A stretch of 44,988 nucleotides of DNA from an uncultured Methanosarcinales archaeon (lineage in GTDB: Archaea; Nanobdellota; Nanobdellia; Woesearchaeales; ARS49): NCBI GenBank assembly GCA_964640255.1, contig CAZXEZ010000001.1, positions 1-44,988 on the forward strand. The letters are read 5' to 3'. Numbering within the stretch: position 1 is the first letter of the stretch; each line of letters starts with the position of its first letter. The notes under the pieces were generated by a model that made no database searches, was not told the DNA's origin, and saw only the letters and a program-made list of their open reading frames with translations. Shown here piece after piece: positions 26,001 through 34,009 of the stretch. The position numbers and the translations under genes were made by a program.

Positions 26001-27388
26001 TATGTCTGCGTTTCCCCAAAGCTTCAAAATCAGCTGAAATCCAATTCTTCTTCACTTAGCTGTTTTTGAACACTTCAAAACTGTTTCGTCATTTTCGAGT
26101 TTTAGAGCTTGTAGCCCTGAAATTCGAGCATTTCAGAGTTTTTACTCTCTAGTAAGTTTATGACGCTTTTTAGAAAATCCATCATAACTACTCCTTAATG
26201 ACGAAACCTTTATAAAGGATTACTGCCTTTAGCAAATCATTACCTTTAGAGGGGCGGAAAAATGACTGAAAACAAAAAAGAATCAGAAAATGAAGTAAGG
26301 CGCAGAGTATATCTTAAAAAGGCAATACAAGACTTTACTGAAGCAATTAGATTAAACCCAAAATATGATCAATATTATGTGAATCGCGGGATTGTTTATT
26401 CTAATCCACATGTTCGCGAGGTTATACAATATCTTAATCAGAATGGTCTAAGAGCAGAATTAAAAGACTCTGCACTTCAGGGAGATGATGTTGACATTCT
26501 TGCAACAGGAAGCCTTGAGGACATAACAGAAGTGACCTGTGCATTAAATGGAGCCAAGGATATTGCAGATCCATTCTACAGCACAGCTAGAGACAGTGAA
26601 GATTACACTGTTGTGCATGAAGGTGAAAATGTTGCTTACATGCGCGAGAATCTTGCACAGCTGTTCAAGATACTTGTCGGCGACACAAAAATTCATGTCG
26701 GATTGAAAACAAAGCCAAGTATTGATTAATTTTTTTTATTTCATATGCCTTGAAAAAGAGACCCTAAAATGCCGATGACAAAAACATTATGCGGAGTTCT
26801 GCACGATGAGGCAGACAAAGAGGAGATACAGCAAGTTCTAGATCTGATAGATAATACAAATCCCGCGAAAGTAGGATTAGAGATTACCAATAAATATGCA
26901 GAAACCAATCACTGCCCTGAATTTTTTGATAGGATACATGATTATGCAAGGACAAATGGAAGAAGGATAGTTCCTTTAGAGCACCAGCTTGCTCATGAAA
27001 AATACAGCATAGTAAACGCAGTTGTGCTGGTGCTTGAAGACAAGTTATCAAGGGAAAACCTTGAATTTTTGCTGCAGTACACTACAATTGAATTAAAAAA
27101 GAGATTCGCCTTAAAATCTTCACAAATACGCGCACTTGAAGAGAATCAAAAAACAACCAAACATGCACTCAAGCTGCTTGATAGTAATCCAACAAAAGAG
27201 GAAGCTATCAAATGGTATGAAGAAGCAGAAACTGAAAGAGAAAAACACATGTTAAACAGGATTCTGCGGCATAATCCAGATCTTGTTATTATTGGGGTCA
27301 AGCATGCAGAAGCAATAAAAGACAACCTGCAGGAGTATCAGTATATTTGCCTTGCAAAAAGAGATGCAGAAGGTATTTTTGAATCATA
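26001..27388. mobile_element. putative inserted cassette II (two genes)
   Basis: Bounded by map 3'-end fragments b and c. Confidence 0.45.
26262..26729 (+). CDS. hypothetical protein with one TPR-like repeat
   Basis: AIQDFTEAIRLNPKYDQYYVNRGIVY. TTTATAAA box upstream. Confidence 0.5.
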   Translation: MTENKKESENEVRRRVYLKKAIQDFTEAIRLNPKYDQYYVNRGIVYSNPHVREVIQYLNQNGLRAELKDSALQGDDVDILATGSLEDITEVTCALNGAKDIADPFYSTARDSEDYTVVHEGENVAYMRENLAQLFKILVGDTKIHVGLKTKPSID

Positions 27389-27389
27389 A
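26769..27389 (+). CDS. hypothetical protein
   Basis: 206-aa ORF. The stop abuts map fragment c. Confidence 0.5.
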   Translation: MPMTKTLCGVLHDEADKEEIQQVLDLIDNTNPAKVGLEITNKYAETNHCPEFFDRIHDYARTNGRRIVPLEHQLAHEKYSIVNAVVLVLEDKLSRENLEFLLQYTTIELKKRFALKSSQIRALEENQKTTKHALKLLDSNPTKEEAIKWYEEAETEREKHMLNRILRHNPDLVIIGVKHAEAIKDNLQEYQYICLAKRDAEGIFES

Positions 27390-27439
27390 TTTAGTTATTA
27401 CTTCCACCTTATCTGTAATCAACAGAGTATGTTCTGCCT
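27389..27439 (-). repeat. orphan copy 'c' of the map gene 3' end (about 51 nt)
   Basis: CTTCCACCTTATCTGTAATCAACAGAGTATGTTCTGCCT aligns with the live gene end. Contains a 5-nt diverged patch. Confidence 0.75.
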
Positions 27440-27862
27440 TTACTCCTCGACTAATGACGTTAAGAACTGGATAATCTTTGTTATTTCTTCCTTGTTTTTC
27501 TCATAAAAAGAGATATCAACTGCTTCACCGTAATAATGTAACAGGTTTCTTAAATAACTCATTTCTGAAATAAAATTAGCTTCAAACTCATTATCTGAAT
27601 GCTTTCGGTAAAAATAAGAGATAAGACATTGATGATTCTTTGATTTCAAGCCATGTTTTAGCAATAATGCCACAAGCAATTCCTTGATAATCTCATAATA
27701 ACCCTCAATGATAAAAGAAACATTATCTTGATTAACTTGCTGGATGTCAACAAATTTTCTTCTTTTAATGACTGTATCCAATATGGAACTGATCTTTTCC
27801 TTGTCAGGAGTCACAGTTCTGATAAATTGCCGCCTGCATTCGCCCCAATCCATCAAATTCAT
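27440..27862 (-). CDS. HEPN-domain protein (toxin candidate)
   Basis: 140-aa helical protein. YLRNLLHYYG resembles an R-x(n)-H HEPN motif. 4-nt overlap with the upstream nucleotidyltransferase gene. Confidence 0.55.
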   Translation of the reverse strand: MNLMDWGECRRQFIRTVTPDKEKISSILDTVIKRRKFVDIQQVNQDNVSFIIEGYYEIIKELLVALLLKHGLKSKNHQCLISYFYRKHSDNEFEANFISEMSYLRNLLHYYGEAVDISFYEKNKEEITKIIQFLTSLVEE

Positions 27863-28365
27863 CTTATTTTAAAAAACCCCGTAATCCTGATTCCGTTAAC
27901 CACATTATTAAATAAGTTGTCTGGCAAATTATTGATACTCTGTTCAGTAAAAAGCTGGATTTTGTGGCCCAATATCTTCTCAAATTTGGCCAAGTCCAAA
28001 TCCTGTTTCTTTAAGGCTTCAACAAACAAGTCAACATCACTTTCTTTAGCTGATTCGCCTTTCCTGAAACTGCCAAAAAGAATTATGCAGGACGGTCTTA
28101 ATTTCTCTGTTAAATACTCTATCAAACCGCTTTCAAATAACTCCTTAATATAAAAAAAGGTCTTTTCCGTTTTAAACAAAGCAGTACTGACTGCCTCGTT
28201 TTCTTTATTTACTCTTCTGCTTTTTTTAAGCTCTCTTAAATATTTATGAACAGTTGATTTTGGAATCCTTGTCTTTTTGGCTAGTTCCCGAACTGTAAAC
28301 TGCTTCTCAGGATACTCGTAAAAAATCCTTAGAATTTTGTCCAAATTATTGTACTTTAGTCCCAT
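27859..28365 (-). CDS. wHTH plus minimal nucleotidyltransferase (MNT, antitoxin candidate)
   Basis: LFGSFRKGESAKESDVDLFV fits GS...G....SD.DL. N-terminal FTVRELAKKTRIPKSTVHKYLRELK is an HTH. Confidence 0.7.
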   Translation of the reverse strand: MGLKYNNLDKILRIFYEYPEKQFTVRELAKKTRIPKSTVHKYLRELKKSRRVNKENEAVSTALFKTEKTFFYIKELFESGLIEYLTEKLRPSCIILFGSFRKGESAKESDVDLFVEALKKQDLDLAKFEKILGHKIQLFTEQSINNLPDNLFNNVVNGIRITGFFKIR

Positions 28366-28421
28366 TTTATGTCCTTAAGTCCCAATAAATGGATTAACTA
28401 TTTAAATGTTGTGCTTTTTCC

Positions 28422-29330
28422 TTAAGATTTAGTCAAAACTTCTACCTTATCTGTAATCAATAAAGTGTGCTCTGCCTGAGAGACTATCCCTTTGTTTTTC
28501 TCGACTAAAGGAGGGAATTGCTTGATAATGTTGTTTTTCAGGAGTTCTCTCAATGCAAAATTAGTCTTGCCTAAGCCGAATTTAGAGGATAACCATCTTG
28601 TTGTGAAAGGCAAGGTCTTGTAGTTCTCGCCGACAAACTTAAGTATTTCCCTGGCAAAAGGGCTTCTGACAGGCTTTGGGTTTGTGAGCATGAAGATGTT
28701 AGCTCTCTCTGACTCGTATATCATTCCTGCACCATCAGTTGCAAAAGGCTCGATAGCAATGCACATATTCTCCTCTATTTCAGTGTCATCGCCAGTGTCA
28801 AAATTAGGGATTGTTGGATCTGTGTGGATATCGTAATAATCCAATCCATGGCCGCTTAAATTCTTTATAGGCGAGAAACCATGACTAGAGATAGTCTCTT
28901 GGATGGTCTTTCCAATCTCTCCTAAAGTTGTTCCAATCTGAACAATCTTGATTGCATTATTCAGGGCCTCTCTAGAGGCTTTTACCAAATCAGAATATTT
29001 TCCGCTCAGATCAACTGTAAGAGCATTGTCTCCTATTGCTCCTTCAAAACAGGCACCAACATCCAGGCAGGCAACCTGATCCTCAAACACAATCTTATCG
29101 TCTGGATCTGCACAATAATGCGCAGCAATATGGTCGCAGGAAATCTGTGCAGGAAAAGCAGGTATTGCACCCAAGTCTACAATCTTTTTCTCTATCAAAT
29201 CAGAGACCTCTAGCAGAGTTGCGCCTTTCTTTATTAATCCTCCACCGTATTCAAGGGCCTGCGCTGCAATCTTCCCGGCTTTTTTCCATTTCTCTATGTC
29301 TTCTGGAGTTAACTCTGTTTCTTCTTCCAT
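28422..29330 (-). CDS. map: type 2 (archaeal) methionine aminopeptidase
   Basis: Pita-bread fold motifs (AHYCADPDD, LDVGA, HGL, IAIEPFAT) and the C-terminal winged-helix insert typical of MetAP2-type enzymes. Confidence 0.9.
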   Translation of the reverse strand: MEEETELTPEDIEKWKKAGKIAAQALEYGGGLIKKGATLLEVSDLIEKKIVDLGAIPAFPAQISCDHIAAHYCADPDDKIVFEDQVACLDVGACFEGAIGDNALTVDLSGKYSDLVKASREALNNAIKIVQIGTTLGEIGKTIQETISSHGFSPIKNLSGHGLDYYDIHTDPTIPNFDTGDDTEIEENMCIAIEPFATDGAGMIYESERANIFMLTNPKPVRSPFAREILKFVGENYKTLPFTTRWLSSKFGLGKTNFALRELLKNNIIKQFPPLVEKNKGIVSQAEHTLLITDKVEVLTKS

Positions 29331-29449
29331 AGGTAGTGGAGAATTACAATGTCTTTATATTTGTTGCGGTAAGTAGAACTAGAGAAAACTAATGATAAAT
29401 TCCACGATTTGTATTGCGATGTTGATTGATGTCATTTTAGTCTCGCTTT

Positions 29450-29488
29450 ATAAAAAAAGGAAAATTAGAAATCCGGGGGGATTTCTAA
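29450..29488 (-). terminator. hairpin plus T-tract downstream of the signal peptidase gene
   Basis: Perfect 10-bp stem TTAGAAATCC/GGATTTCTAA with a 4-nt loop (29465..29488), followed on the minus strand by TTTTCCTTTTTTT. Confidence 0.5.
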
Positions 29489-29529
29489 ATTCCCAAAAAC
29501 AAATAGGTTTTTGCGAAAAATAAAAAAAT

Positions 29530-30228
29530 CTAATAGATAAACGCTATAGCTTTTCTCTGAAGCTGCTCAAATCTGATCCTTCCAGGGTCTGGAATCGGAT
29601 TGTTGTCACCTTGGAAAATAGCATACCAGCCATCCTCGTCCTGGCCAATCTCCTTGATTCTGTGGATTATGTTTCCATAATCTGTCTTATAGGAAACTAT
29701 GTCACCAACCCTTACATCAGATGTTCTCTGAGGAACTACCTCTATAGCGTTGTGTTGTGCGTCAAATACAGGGTCCATAGAGTTTGTGTCAGCAAAAGCT
29801 GCCAAGATCGGACTCTGAACGTCTATAACAACCTTGTCTGGATAGATGTGAATTTGGTATTCCTTGATATAGTCGCCAGGAGAGTCTCTCTCTGGAATAA
29901 CTTCTGGGAACTTACTGTATTCTGGGCCGAATACACTAAAGTCCATGTTCTGAACTTCTGCCATTGTAATCTCTCTATAATCTGGAACTGTTGCCAGTTT
30001 AGGTTCTGGACAAACAGGAACCTCTGGACAGACCTGTTCATTGTCTTGATCAACTAATGGAGTTTCATCTACTTGCACATCAGCAAGAGATGCGCTGTCT
30101 CCCTGCACAGGAACTGGAACATTGTCCTGTATAGGGGCAGTCATGTTGGCTCCAATTGCACCAGCTGCAGCGCCGAACGCAAAAACAACCATTAAAATCA
30201 CTGCAAACAATTTGTTTCTCAGTTTCAT
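29530..30228 (-). CDS. S26-family (Sec11/SPase I-like) signal peptidase with long N-terminal extension
   Basis: TNSMDPVF (SM.P Ser motif), GDIVSY...IIHRI and QGDNNPIPD. Start set at MKLRNK, which has a GGGGGT SD sequence. Confidence 0.6.
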   Translation of the reverse strand: MKLRNKLFAVILMVVFAFGAAAGAIGANMTAPIQDNVPVPVQGDSASLADVQVDETPLVDQDNEQVCPEVPVCPEPKLATVPDYREITMAEVQNMDFSVFGPEYSKFPEVIPERDSPGDYIKEYQIHIYPDKVVIDVQSPILAAFADTNSMDPVFDAQHNAIEVVPQRTSDVRVGDIVSYKTDYGNIIHRIKEIGQDEDGWYAIFQGDNNPIPDPGRIRFEQLQRKAIAFIY

Positions 30229-30487
30229 TGTTATTACCCCCAAGTAAACACTGTTATTGCTAAATATGTATGTTCTAGTATATAAAGGTTTTGTTTTTTG
30301 TCACTAAGGAATGGTAAACAGTGCTTTTAGAGGGTGAGCTTAATTATTACCATATGCAAAATAATTAGTTGGTCAATTGTTTGCAATATGCAAAATATAT
30401 GATGTTAACTATAGGTTATAGCACTTAAAAAAAAAGAGCAACCTATAAATAGAATCAAATACTTTACTCTATCTGGTGGGGAAATAA

Positions 30488-31639
30488 ATGAACATATCCA
30501 ACATTCTAATGATAGGCTTCTTAATAGCACTCAGCCTGACTATATTGATCTTTAGAAAGAGATTTGTTTTCCAGAGCTTTGGGAAAATATTTTATTTCGG
30601 AATGTACAAGACAAAAGTAGGGCTGAAGCTGATGGACAGATGGTCTAAAAAATACCCAAGAATATTGACGAGGCTGTGCTATCTGTCAATAGTGATTGGA
30701 TTCTTGGGAATGATACTGGTAGTATTTGACCTGATAAAATCAGGATACCAGATATTGACTGGAACAAGCACATTATCAGTCGGACTGGTATTGCCTGTTC
30801 AGGCAAAAGGAGTGTTTTATGTCCCATTTATTTATTGGATAATCGCAATAGCAGTCATCGTTGTCATACACGAGTTTTCACATGGATTGATAGCAAGACT
30901 GCATAAAATAAAAGTAAGGAGCTCTGGAGTTGCATTCTTAGGAATCATTATACCATTAATACCTGCAGCATTTGTAGAGCCAGATGAAAAACAATTAAGA
31001 AAAGCATCCAGGTTCAAGCAATTAAGTGTCTATGCAGCAGGACCATTTGCAAACATTGTCTTTGGATTTCTATTCTTAGGAATATTTGCACTGATACTAA
31101 ACCCATTTGCAGCCTCTTTATACAATTTTGAGGGCGTAAAAGTAAATGATTTTATGGGTGCTGAAAGTCCTGCAGAGATAAGCGGCATGGCAACAGGAGA
31201 GATAATAACAGAGATAAATGATGCTGAGATAAAGAATACAGAGGATTTTCTTAAATCAATAGAAGATGCAGAGCCAGGAGATGTTGCAGAGATAAAGACC
31301 ACAGAAAAAAGTTATTCTGTTTTATTAGAGGAAGATCCAGCTGAGAAAGATGCATTCTTAGGAGTTTGGGTATCAACAGAGAAGACAATGAAAGACAAAA
31401 GTTTATTCTCTTATTTCATAATCTGGGTGACTGACTTGTTCTACTGGTTATTTTTATTGAACTTAGGAGTGGGGTTGTTTAACCTGGTTCCAATCGGGCC
31501 TATTGACGGTGGAAGAATGCTCCAGACAGTGCTTGAAAAAGTGATGCCTAATAAACGTGCAACAAGAGTGTGGCACACTGTGAGTGTTGTTGTGTTGATG
31601 ATTATCGTCAGTAATATTATTTATGCTTTTGTCGCTTAA
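30488..31639 (+). CDS. site-2 protease (M50 family) with PDZ-like insert
   Basis: HEFSHGLIA (HExxH) and NLVPIGPIDGGRM (NxxPxxxxDG). Multiple TM helices. Confidence 0.9.
   Translation: MNISNILMIGFLIALSLTILIFRKRFVFQSFGKIFYFGMYKTKVGLKLMDRWSKKYPRILTRLCYLSIVIGFLGMILVVFDLIKSGYQILTGTSTLSVGLVLPVQAKGVFYVPFIYWIIAIAVIVVIHEFSHGLIARLHKIKVRSSGVAFLGIIIPLIPAAFVEPDEKQLRKASRFKQLSVYAAGPFANIVFGFLFLGIFALILNPFAASLYNFEGVKVNDFMGAESPAEISGMATGEIITEINDAEIKNTEDFLKSIEDAEPGDVAEIKTTEKSYSVLLEEDPAEKDAFLGVWVSTEKTMKDKSLFSYFIIWVTDLFYWLFLLNLGVGLFNLVPIGPIDGGRMLQTVLEKVMPNKRATRVWHTVSVVVLMIIVSNIIYAFVA
31609..31637 (+). repeat. 29-nt direct repeat, copy 1 (last codons of the S2P gene)
   Basis: CAGTAATATTATTTATGCTTTTGTCGCTT, identical to 31764..31792. 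Confidence 0.9.
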
Positions 31640-31758
31640 GCGCGATATTGTGAAGGCGAGAGAAGAGTTGAACCCCTGTTTGCGAAGCAAACAGCTGACA
31701 GAATGCTTCTCGAGCCTGAACAAAGAGCGCCCTTTGATCCTAACTTTTTCAAAGTTAG
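31640..31758 (-). repeat. 119-nt structured repeat, copy C
   Basis: The reverse complement aligns end to end with copies A and B. It forms the core of the 126-nt insert 31638..31763. Confidence 0.8.
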
Positions 31759-31763
31759 ATTGA

Positions 31764-31792
31764 CAGTAATATTATTTATGCTTTTGTCGCTT
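31764..31792 (+). repeat. 29-nt direct repeat, copy 2
   Basis: Identical to the S2P gene end. Here it is followed by GA, giving the presumed ancestral TGA stop. Confidence 0.9.
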
Positions 31793-31865
31793 GAGTTCTC
31801 TTTCATAACATTTATATACAAGATGTTTCTATTCCCTAGTAACTTACTAGAGAAAGGTGATTTAA

Positions 31866-32273
31866 ACGAAACTGTCAACAAAATCAGAATATGCCTGCCT
31901 TGCACTGGTCGACCTGTCAAAGCAGTACAACAAAGGCCTTGTCAAGATAGAAAGCATAGCCACCAGGCAGCACATACCGAAAAAATACCTTGAACAGATC
32001 CTGCTTCTGCTGAAAACATCTGGCTATCTGAAAAGCAAAAGGGGTTCAGAAGGAGGGTACAAACTCTCAAAGCCCCCAAACAAGATATCTGTTGCAGAGA
32101 TAGTCAGGCTAATGGACGGGGCTCTAGCTCCTGTCGAGTCAGTGAGCAAGTATTTTTACGAGCCGACTCCGATATCAAAGAACAAACAGCTGATAAAGAT
32201 GTTTAAGGAAATAAGGGATTATGTCTCCAAAAAACTGGAGAATACAACATTTGCAGATCTCATAAAGAAATAA
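31866..32273 (+). CDS. Rrf2-family transcriptional regulator with ACG at the expected start position (not in ORF track)
   Basis: 136-codon frame read by hand: (T)KLSTKSEYACLALVDLSKQYNKG...KSKRGSEGGYKLSKPPNKISVAEIVRLMDGALAP. TAA lies immediately upstream and a GGTGA SD sequence lies 5 nt before the ACG. Confidence 0.7.
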   Translation, partial: TKLSTKSEYACLALVDLSKQYNKGLVKIESIATRQHIPKKYLEQILLLLKTSGYLKSKRGSEGGYKLSKPPNKISVAEIVRLMDGALAPVESVSKYFYEPTPISKNKQLIKMFKEIRDYVSKKLENTTFADLIKK

Positions 32274-32341
32274 TATTTTTTTGTCATTATTTGTATAGTA
32301 AAACCATAGAAAAAGTATAAATAAGGAAAGGTGATAAGACG

Positions 32342-33181
32342 ATGGTATTTGAGATAGGTTTGGGTATCTTTTTGATTATAGCTACGCTAGCGTTTGTAAT
32401 GGAGTTGATTGATGCAGGATTGGGAATGGGGTATGGAACTGTATTGACGCCGCTGTTGCTGGCTTTTGGGCAGTCTCCTCTTGTGGTAGTCCCATCTGTA
32501 CTGCTTTCGCAGGCAATTGGGGGAGCCACAGCAGCTATATTCCATCACAGATATGATAATGTAAATTTCAGACCTAAATCCACAAACCTAAAAAAAATAG
32601 GCTGTGCACTTAATAAATACGGATTTATCAAATGCTTTAAGCGAGGATTCTCCAAAGACCTGAAAATAGTTTTTGCAATAACATTTCTCGGCGTAATTGC
32701 AACTGTTATTGGCGCATTCACTGCACTAAACATACCAAAATGGATGCTAAAAGGATATATAGGCTTGCTAGTAACAGCGATCGGCCTGATACTGGTACTT
32801 CGAAGGAAAAACTTCCAGTTTTCCTGGAAAAAAATGATGGGAGTCGGGCTACTTGCATCGTTCAATAAAGGAATGTCTGGCGGAGGATTTGGCCCTGTGA
32901 CAACAGGCGGACAGATCATTGCAGGCAACCACCACAAAAGCGCAATAGGATGCACGACCCTGTCTGAAGTGCCTATCTGCCTGGCAGGATTTATAACATA
33001 TCTTTTACTCAACGGGCTGCAAGGCTATGGCCTGCTTACTGCGTTATCTGTCGGAGCAATAATTGGAGCACCAATAGGCGCACTGTTCACAACAAAACTG
33101 AGATCCAAAAAAATAAGATATGTATTAGGGATGCTTATCCTATTACTGGGAGCATGGACAATAATCAAGCTCTTGATTTGA
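32342..33181 (+). CDS. TSUP/TauE-SafE family anion exporter
   Basis: About 8 TM helices. Shows the internal duplication typical of DUF81 (ELIDAGLGMGYGTVLTPLL; GMSGGGFGPV). Confidence 0.8.
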   Translation: MVFEIGLGIFLIIATLAFVMELIDAGLGMGYGTVLTPLLLAFGQSPLVVVPSVLLSQAIGGATAAIFHHRYDNVNFRPKSTNLKKIGCALNKYGFIKCFKRGFSKDLKIVFAITFLGVIATVIGAFTALNIPKWMLKGYIGLLVTAIGLILVLRRKNFQFSWKKMMGVGLLASFNKGMSGGGFGPVTTGGQIIAGNHHKSAIGCTTLSEVPICLAGFITYLLLNGLQGYGLLTALSVGAIIGAPIGALFTTKLRSKKIRYVLGMLILLLGAWTIIKLLI

Positions 33182-33191
33182 GGTAAAAAAA

Positions 33192-33392
33192 ATGGAAACA
33201 AACAAAAGATCTCTTGCAAAATCCCTCACATACAGGGGACTAGCAGTGCTTTATCTGCTCGCGGCAGTTTTTTTGTTCACAAAAAAGTTAGAGAATGCCA
33301 TATATGTGACAGCAGCATTTCAGGTTATAATGGTGGCAATCTACTTTTTGCATGAACGGGTATGGAATAAAATACCTTGGGGCCAGAAATAG
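33192..33392 (+). CDS. DUF2061-like small membrane protein
   Basis: RSLAKSLTYRGLAVL followed by two TM helices. Confidence 0.6.
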   Translation: METNKRSLAKSLTYRGLAVLYLLAAVFLFTKKLENAIYVTAAFQVIMVAIYFLHERVWNKIPWGQK

Positions 33393-33416
33393 AAATACTT
33401 TTATACTTTTTATTTT

Positions 33417-33656
33417 TTGTTTCTTTTTATGAACAGACCAAAATTAAATTATTTCGTCGATATAGGGATGGCAATAGCTTTTGCGATAGTTGCTGTTACA
33501 GGCATACTAAAACTTCCTGCATTAGGGGGGAAAACTAGAGATTACATGCTTTTGCATGACTGGGCAGGTGTTGTGCTGGCTGCTTTTGTGCTATTACACT
33601 TGATTCTGCACTGGAATTGGATAATTTGCATGACAAAAGGTTTTTTCAATAAATAA
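33417..33656 (+). CDS. DUF4405-like small membrane protein
   Basis: LLHDWAGVVLAAFVLLHLILHWNW. Two TM helices. Confidence 0.55.
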   Translation: MFLFMNRPKLNYFVDIGMAIAFAIVAVTGILKLPALGGKTRDYMLLHDWAGVVLAAFVLLHLILHWNWIICMTKGFFNK

Positions 33657-33957
33657 ATGTTTTTTTCTGTGCAGTGATAATACTCTATGTATAAAACTCA
33701 TTAATTAACCATATTGCAGATAATCACAATAGTGCTCTTAGTATATTATAACAGAAATTTATAACAGAAATGCTAAATATTAGTATTACTTGTCAGCATT
33801 TCTGAATATACCAACTGTGGATTACTATTTGATTATTTTGCACAGTTATTATATATACACAATATATATACACAAGCACAGGTATTTATGCTGAAATCAG
33901 CGAAAATTGGAAATTTAAAAAAAGTTCTAAATTCGTTAAAAAAACATTTTTTTTAAC

Positions 33958-33972
33958 GAAAAGTTTATATAT
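33958..33972 (+). promoter_or_regulatory. BRE/TATA-like 15-mer GAAAAGTTTATATAT
   Basis: Lies 38 nt upstream of the ATG at 34010. The identical 15-mer precedes the second giant gene. Confidence 0.5.
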
Positions 33973-34009
33973 AGTATATTCTAAGAGTAGATTAAAAAAG
34001 AGCGATAGT

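Larger units (their letters stand above)
27440..28421. mobile_element. putative inserted cassette III (HEPN + MNT pair)
   Basis: Lies between map fragment c and the live map stop codon. Confidence 0.45.

Noticed and set aside
25791-26027. 78-aa ORF read as a stand-alone gene.
   Set aside because: It is colinear with the last 69 codons of Map and has only a fortuitous TTG start. It is treated as an orphan gene-end fragment.
31636-31993. ORFs 31636..31920 (minus) and 31703..31993 (plus).
   Set aside because: They cover the 126-nt insert, the duplicated gene end and the 5' part of the Rrf2 gene in the wrong frame.
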